In this document: in pieces, positions 58,692 through 64,000 of the stretch
Numbering within the stretch: the first letter of the stretch is position 1
Layout of the letters: each line of letters begins with the position of its first letter
Source: Cypionkella sp.
Lineage (GTDB): Bacteria > Pseudomonadota > Alphaproteobacteria > Rhodobacterales > Rhodobacteraceae
NCBI GenBank assembly: GCA_025458525.1
Contig: JALOSF010000002.1
Span: 1,159-65,158 of the forward strand
Length of the DNA stretch: 64,000 nucleotides
Reading direction: 5' to 3'
Notes under the pieces: generated by a model
The model's input: only the letters and a program-made list of their open reading frames with translations
What the model was told of the DNA's origin: nothing
Database searches by the model: none
Translations under genes and position numbers: made by a program

Positions 58692-59186
58692 ATGAAACGA
58701 GAGCGGGCAGACCAATTTTCTGCCACAGGCGCAGATCAACCAGCCCACCAGACAGCCGCGCTGTGCTGGCGGCTTCATCGTGGGCGTGTGCAGGTCCTGT
58801 TGATCACCAGCCGCGACACCGGGCGCTGGATCTTGCCCAAGGGCTGGCCGATGACGGGCAAATCCGCGTCCGAGGCCGCGGCGCAAGAGGCCTGGGAGGA
58901 GGCGGGAGTGCATGGCACGCCCACGGCCGAGCCCTTGGGGTTTTACGGCTATGACAAGCTGCGCCCGGCGGGCGATGCGCTGCCCTGCCTTGTCAGCGTC
59001 TATCCCTTGCGCGTGACCGGGCTGGCCGACAGGTTTCCCGAACGCAAGCAGCGCCGCCGCAAATGGTTCGATGCCGCCAAGGCCGCGCGCAAGGTGGCCG
59101 AACCGGAACTGCGCCAGATGCTGGATCATCTGGCAGCGCCGCAGGACGCGCTGGTTCTGCGGGCGCCCGTGGCAGATGGCGCTTGA
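58692..59186 (+). CDS. NUDIX hydrolase
   Basis: LLITSRDTGRWILPKGW, AAAQEAWEEAG. Confidence 0.88.
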   Translation: MKRERADQFSATGADQPAHQTAALCWRLHRGRVQVLLITSRDTGRWILPKGWPMTGKSASEAAAQEAWEEAGVHGTPTAEPLGFYGYDKLRPAGDALPCLVSVYPLRVTGLADRFPERKQRRRKWFDAAKAARKVAEPELRQMLDHLAAPQDALVLRAPVADGA

Positions 59187-59245
59187 ATTCGGGCGCGGGG
59201 TTGTTAGCTCTGCATGAGGGAGCGTTTCCCCACGTTGGACAAGGC

Positions 59246-59674
59246 ATGATCCGTTACAACCTGCGCTGTGACAAGGCACATGAATTCGACAGTTGGTTCC
59301 AATCCGCCGCGGCGTTCGACAGCCTGCGCGCCGCCGGTCGCGTGACCTGTGCGGTCTGCGGCTCGGCCCAGGTGGACAAGCTCCTTATGGCCCCTGCCGT
59401 GCGCCCCGCCCGGACTGCGGCCGCCGAGAAAGTGACCCTGTCGGAGCCCGAGTCAGAGGCGGAACGCGCCATCGCGGCCTTGCGCGCCCAGATCGAGGCG
59501 CAGTCCGATTACGTGGGCATGAATTTCGTGACCGAAGCGCGCAAGATGCACGAAGGCACCGCGCCCGAGCGTCCGATCTATGGCGAAGCCCGCCCCGAGG
59601 AGGCGCGCAAGCTGATCGAAGATGGCGTGCCGGTTGCCCCGCTGCCCTTTCTGCCCCGGCGCAAGGCGAACTGA
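59246..59674 (+). CDS. DUF1178 family protein
   Basis: MIRYNLRC..AHEFDSWF, CAVCGS, K.LMAP, EARKMH.G, IYGEA. Confidence 0.88.
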   Translation: MIRYNLRCDKAHEFDSWFQSAAAFDSLRAAGRVTCAVCGSAQVDKLLMAPAVRPARTAAAEKVTLSEPESEAERAIAALRAQIEAQSDYVGMNFVTEARKMHEGTAPERPIYGEARPEEARKLIEDGVPVAPLPFLPRRKAN

Positions 59675-59773
59675 CACCCGCGTCAGCGCCCCGCTGTCAG
59701 GGCCTGTGACCGCATCTGGCGCAAGGTGCAAAACCCGCTCGGGCAGGATTCGCACCTGTGCCGCCCGTCCCCG

Positions 59774-62101
59774 CTATTTCCCGAACTTGCCCCGCAGCGC
59801 ATCGGCAAAGGGATTGCTGGCCTCGGCGCCGCCGCGGGGTGCGGCCTGCATCGGCTGGGGCTTGCCGCGCGGCACAGGTTTGTCGCGGGGGTCGGCGGCG
59901 CGCTCTCGGGCGGTCTCGCGCGCGTCGCTGCTGTCCTTGCGCATGGTCAGCGCGATGCGCTTGCGTGGCGCATCCACCTCGACCACCCGCACCTGCACCA
60001 CATCGCCCGCCTTGACCACCTCATGCGGGTCTTTCACGAAGCGGTCGGCAAGCTGGCTGACATGGACAAGCCCATCCTGATGCACGCCGATATCGACAAA
60101 GGCGCCAAAGGCCGCGACATTGGTCACGGTGCCTTCGAGCATCATGCCGGGCTTCAGGTCGCGGATTTCATTCACCCCTTCGGTGAAGGTTGCGGTGCGG
60201 AAACTGGGGCGCGGGTCGCGGCCGGGCTTTTCCAACTCGGCCAGAATGTCCTTGACCGTGGGCAGGCCGAACCGATCATCGATGAATTGGCGCGGGTCCA
60301 GTTTCTGCAAGGCGGCGGCATCACCCATCAGGCTGCGGATGTCGCGCCCGCAGGCCGCCACGATCTTGCGCGCCACGTCATAGGCTTCTGGGTGAACCGA
60401 GGAGGCATCCAGCGGCTCCTTCCCGCCCGCGATGCGCAAGAACCCCGCCGCCTGTTCAAAGGCCTTGGGCCCAAGGCGCGGCACTTTCAACAGCTCGCGC
60501 CGGGTGGCGAAGGGGCCATTGGCATCGCGGTGGGCCACGATCTGTTCGGCCAACCCCGGCCCGAGGCCAGACACGCGCGCAAGCAAGGGGGCCGAGGCGG
60601 TGTTGAGATCGACCCCGACCGCGTTCACCGCATCTTCGACCACCGCCTCGAGTTGGCGGGCCAGCCGGTGTTGATCGACATCATGCTGATACTGGCCGAC
60701 GCCGATGCTTTTCGGTTCGATCTTGACCAGCTCGGCCAGCGGGTCTTGCAGGCGGCGCGCGATGCTGACAGCACCCCGCAGCGACACGTCCAGATCGGGA
60801 AACTCCCGTGCCGCCAGTTCCGAGGCCGAATAGACCGATGCCCCGGCTTCGGACACGATCACCTTGACCGGCTTGTCGGTGCCCGGCAGCACGGCCAGCA
60901 GATCGGCCACCATCTTTTCCGTCTCGCGGCTGGCGGTGCCATTGCCGATGGCGATCAGTTGCACGCGATGCCTGGCGATCAGTTGGGCCAGCGTCACCTG
61001 CGCGCCGCGCAGATCGTTCTTGGGCTGGAACGGATAGACCGTATCGGTGGCCAGCACCTTGCCGGTGGCATCGACCACCGCGACCTTGACCCCGGTGCGG
61101 ATGCCGGGGTCCAGCCCCATCGTCGCCTTGCCCCCCGCGGGCGCCGCCAGCAGCAGATCCTTGAGGTTGCGGGCAAAGACATTGATCGCCTCTGCCTCGG
61201 CCCGGTCCCGCAGATCGCCCATCAGATCAAGCGTCAGCGAGGTTTTCAGCTTGATCCGCCAGGCCCAGGCGGCCACGTCGCGCAGCCAGGTATCGCCCGC
61301 GCCCTTGCCCGCCGCTTGCAGCGCCGCGCCACAGGCCTGCTCGGCCGGGCTTTGGCCGCGCGGGGCCTCGGGGTCGATCTCGAGGTCGAGGGTCAGCACG
61401 CCTTCGTTGCGCCCGCGCAGCATCGCCAGCACCCGGTGGCTGGGCGCGCTGGCCCATGGTTCGTCATGCGCGAAATAGTCGGAGAACTTGGCACCCTCGG
61501 CTTCCTTGCCCGGCACGACGCGGGCGGCAAGGCGGCCCACCTGTTTCATGTGATCGCGCAAGCGGCCCAGCAGCACCGCGTTTTCCGCCAGCCCTTCGGC
61601 GATGATGTCGCGCGCGCCCTCCAGCGCGGCCTTGGTGTCGGGCACGGCCTCGGTCACATAGCCTGCGGCCAGCGCAATGGGGTCGGCGCTGCGGTCGGCC
61701 AGAATGGCATCGACCAGCGGCTGCAACCCGTTTTCACGCGCAATCATGGCCTTGGTGCGGCGTTTGGGCTTGTAGGGCAGATAGATATCCTCAAGCTCGG
61801 CCTTGGTGGTTGCCTTGGCAATCGACAGCGCAAGCGGATCGGTCATCTTGCCCTGTTCGGTGATCGAGCCAAAGATCGCCGCGCGCCGGGCCTCCATCTC
61901 GCGCAGATAGACCAGACGCTCGGCCAGCAGACGCAGTTGCGAATCGTCCAGCCCCCCTGTCGCCTCCTTGCGATAGCGGGCGATGAAGGGCACCGTGGCC
62001 CCTTCGTCCAGCAAGGCAATGGCCGCGGAAACCTGCGGCGTTTGCGCCGCGATTTCGGTGGCGATGGTCTGCGCGATGCGGCGGGCGATGTCTGGCGTCA
62101 T
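59774..62101 (-). CDS. tex: Tex family RNA-binding protein
   Basis: [39 protein letters not shown]-terminal S1 domain. Confidence 0.95.
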   Translation of the reverse strand: MTPDIARRIAQTIATEIAAQTPQVSAAIALLDEGATVPFIARYRKEATGGLDDSQLRLLAERLVYLREMEARRAAIFGSITEQGKMTDPLALSIAKATTKAELEDIYLPYKPKRRTKAMIARENGLQPLVDAILADRSADPIALAAGYVTEAVPDTKAALEGARDIIAEGLAENAVLLGRLRDHMKQVGRLAARVVPGKEAEGAKFSDYFAHDEPWASAPSHRVLAMLRGRNEGVLTLDLEIDPEAPRGQSPAEQACGAALQAAGKGAGDTWLRDVAAWAWRIKLKTSLTLDLMGDLRDRAEAEAINVFARNLKDLLLAAPAGGKATMGLDPGIRTGVKVAVVDATGKVLATDTVYPFQPKNDLRGAQVTLAQLIARHRVQLIAIGNGTASRETEKMVADLLAVLPGTDKPVKVIVSEAGASVYSASELAAREFPDLDVSLRGAVSIARRLQDPLAELVKIEPKSIGVGQYQHDVDQHRLARQLEAVVEDAVNAVGVDLNTASAPLLARVSGLGPGLAEQIVAHRDANGPFATRRELLKVPRLGPKAFEQAAGFLRIAGGKEPLDASSVHPEAYDVARKIVAACGRDIRSLMGDAAALQKLDPRQFIDDRFGLPTVKDILAELEKPGRDPRPSFRTATFTEGVNEIRDLKPGMMLEGTVTNVAAFGAFVDIGVHQDGLVHVSQLADRFVKDPHEVVKAGDVVQVRVVEVDAPRKRIALTMRKDSSDARETARERAADPRDKPVPRGKPQPMQAAPRGGAEASNPFADALRGKFGK

Positions 62102-62321
62102 GGTCGATGGGTCCCCTTCGGTCGGAGGCTGACCATAGCCGCGCGCAGGGCCAAGGAAAAGCCGGACCGCATCACAAAGCCAAAAGCCACGATCTGGCCA
62201 AGCGGGCGGCAGATCGCCCAAGAACAGGGCGTTGCCCTTGCGTCGTGGCGGCCCATCGGGCCTGCGCCGGTTGACCAAAGGCAAAAGCCGCCGCACTGTG
62301 GATCAGGGGCGTGAGGGTGGA

Positions 62322-63725
62322 ATGGCCGACCGGCAGACAGACAGACGCAAACTTGGCCCGCGCGAAAGGGTGCTGTTGCTTGCCACCGTGCCGCTGTTGC
62401 TTGCCTTGGGGACCCTGGCCTTGCTGATCACGCGCGACATGCGCGAGATGACGCTGCATCAAATCACCACACTTGATGCGCAACTGGTCGCCGCCAGACG
62501 CGAGGATTTGCGCCGCCTGACAGGTCTGGCCCGTCAGGCGATCGACCCGATCCTGACCGCAGACCCGGCCGGGGCCGCGCCCGCCAAGGCGCAGGCGATT
62601 GCCATCCTGACCGCGCTGTCGGCCGGAACCGACAGCGGCCTTTTCGTGCTTGACCGCGACGGGCAAAGCCTTCTGGGCAGGCTGCCGGGCTCGATGGCCG
62701 AAGCGACCGCCGATGCCGCAAGACCGGCGCAGGCCGCCGGGATCGCGGGCAAGCTGATCGATCTGGCGCGGCAGGGTGGCGGCGCCCACAGCTTTGACTG
62801 GCCCGATCCCGTGACGGGGCGCGACCGGCGCGTGATCGCCCATGTCGTGGCTGTGCCAGACTGGGGGTGGGCCATCGGGACAGGCGCCTTGGTGGACGAG
62901 GTTCTGGCCACCGGCGCCGCCGCCCGGGCCGAGGCGGAAACCCGCGTCAGCAGCAGCCTGCGCCGGCTTGGCGGCACGACCGCGGCGCTGATCCTTGCGG
63001 TGTTTCTGGCCGGCCTTCTGTTGCACCTGAGCGAACGGCGCCTGGCCGACCGAAAGCTCAAGGCGCTGACACAGCGGATCTTTGACACGCAGGAAGAAGA
63101 ACGCGGCCGCGTCGCGCGCGAATTGCACGACAGCATCAGCCAGATCCTTGTGGGCGTGCGCTATACTCTGGAACTGGCGCGCCGGCGGTTTTCCACGAAC
63201 GACGCCCGCGCCGGCGAAAGCCTGGATCAGGGGATCGACACCCTGAACAGCGCCATCCACGAAGTGCGCCGGATCAGCCGCGACCTGCGCCCCGGCCTGC
63301 TTGATGACCTTGGGCTTGGCCCGGCCTTGCAATCGCTGGCCGAAGACTTCGGCCGCCGCACCGGGATATCGGTGGATTATGCCACCAACCCGTTTCGCAA
63401 CCGTCTGGACCCCGAGGCCAAGACCGCGCTGTATCGCATCGCCCAAGAGGCGCTGACCAATATCGAACGCCATTCCGGCGCCACCCATGTCAAGATCCTG
63501 GTGCGTGGCACCAGCGAAGGCGCGGTGGTGCGCATCGAGGACAACGGGCATGGCATGCCCGCCACGCGCCGCGACGGGCTTGGCCTGCGCAACATGGCCG
63601 AACGGATGGCCCAGCTTGACGGGCGGCTGCGCGTCGTGTCCACCCGCAACGGCACCCTGATCGAGGCGCAAGTGCCGCTGACCCATATGCTTCCCCCCAC
63701 CGGAATCGCCGAGGCCCAGGCATGA
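62322..63725 (+). CDS. Cache-type sensor histidine kinase (HisKA_3)
   Basis: Two TMs, QEEERGRVARELHDSISQ, LYRIAQEALTN, EDNGHG, GLGL. Confidence 0.9.
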   Translation: MADRQTDRRKLGPRERVLLLATVPLLLALGTLALLITRDMREMTLHQITTLDAQLVAARREDLRRLTGLARQAIDPILTADPAGAAPAKAQAIAILTALSAGTDSGLFVLDRDGQSLLGRLPGSMAEATADAARPAQAAGIAGKLIDLARQGGGAHSFDWPDPVTGRDRRVIAHVVAVPDWGWAIGTGALVDEVLATGAAARAEAETRVSSSLRRLGGTTAALILAVFLAGLLLHLSERRLADRKLKALTQRIFDTQEEERGRVARELHDSISQILVGVRYTLELARRRFSTNDARAGESLDQGIDTLNSAIHEVRRISRDLRPGLLDDLGLGPALQSLAEDFGRRTGISVDYATNPFRNRLDPEAKTALYRIAQEALTNIERHSGATHVKILVRGTSEGAVVRIEDNGHGMPATRRDGLGLRNMAERMAQLDGRLRVVSTRNGTLIEAQVPLTHMLPPTGIAEAQA

Positions 63726-64000
63726 GCGAAAGCCCCCCCATCCGCGTCCTGATCGTCGATGACCATCCGATGGTGGCGCAAGGTATTCGCGCCATTCTGG
63801 AAACCTATGACGATCTGCATGTCGTGGGCACCCTGAGCAACGGGCGCGAAACCATTGACCGTATTGCCGAATTCGATCCTGACGTGATCCTGCTTGACCT
63901 GAACATGCCGCAGGTCAATGGCCTTGCCGCCACCGAAATCATCCTGGAACGGCGGCCCGACACCCGTATCCTGATCCTGTCGATGCATGACAGCCCCGAG
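63722..64000 (+). CDS. NarL-type response regulator, truncated by the window end
   Basis: MSESPPIRVLIVDDHPMV...PDVILLDLNMP...ILILSMH; ATGA overlap with the kinase. Confidence 0.88.
   Translation, partial: MSESPPIRVLIVDDHPMVAQGIRAILETYDDLHVVGTLSNGRETIDRIAEFDPDVILLDLNMPQVNGLAATEIILERRPDTRILILSMHDSPE

Noticed and set aside
59726-62314. 862-aa plus-strand ORF
   Set aside because: Antisense to tex
1-64000. CRISPR array, rRNA or intact IS/transposase
   Set aside because: No regularly spaced repeats, rRNA-like sequence or transposase motifs seen by eye

Overview
High-GC alphaproteobacterial chromosome segment; gene content suggests Rhodobacteraceae (inference). From left to right: (1) part of a urease operon (ureD-ureA-ureJ); (2) a ~15 kb general stress response (GSR) cluster with nepR-ecfG / phyR, two HRxxN histidine kinases, a Cys-rich Crp/Fnr regulator, phospholipase D, dps and several small membrane proteins, with eight GGAAC-N16-18-(C/A)GTT sigma-EcfG-type promoters read directly from the sequence; (3) an atypical H-NOX gene plus a diguanylate cyclase; (4) pstB-phoU-phoB without pstSCA, then corA; (5) a tRNA-Cys with a non-canonical core, followed by a dead integrase and a ~9 kb sulfate-uptake island (sbp-cysTWA, Rrf2 and Lrp regulators, four Rrf2-type boxes, small ORFs); (6) an MttB-family methyltransferase, a PleD-like cyclase and an EF-hand/ECF-sigma/anti-sigma/periplasmic-sensor operon; (7) desaturase, XRE regulator, lipoproteins, aldo/keto reductase, MFS and metG; (8) a sialic/nonulosonic-acid locus (neuA, neuB, neuC) with two tandem WaaA/KdtA-like transferases and a sialyltransferase-like gene; (9) acuC-like, gpx, NUDIX, DUF1178, tex and a two-component pair cut by the window end. 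All family assignments come from motif recognition by eye, with no database searches. Start codons were chosen by eye and may shift by a few codons.
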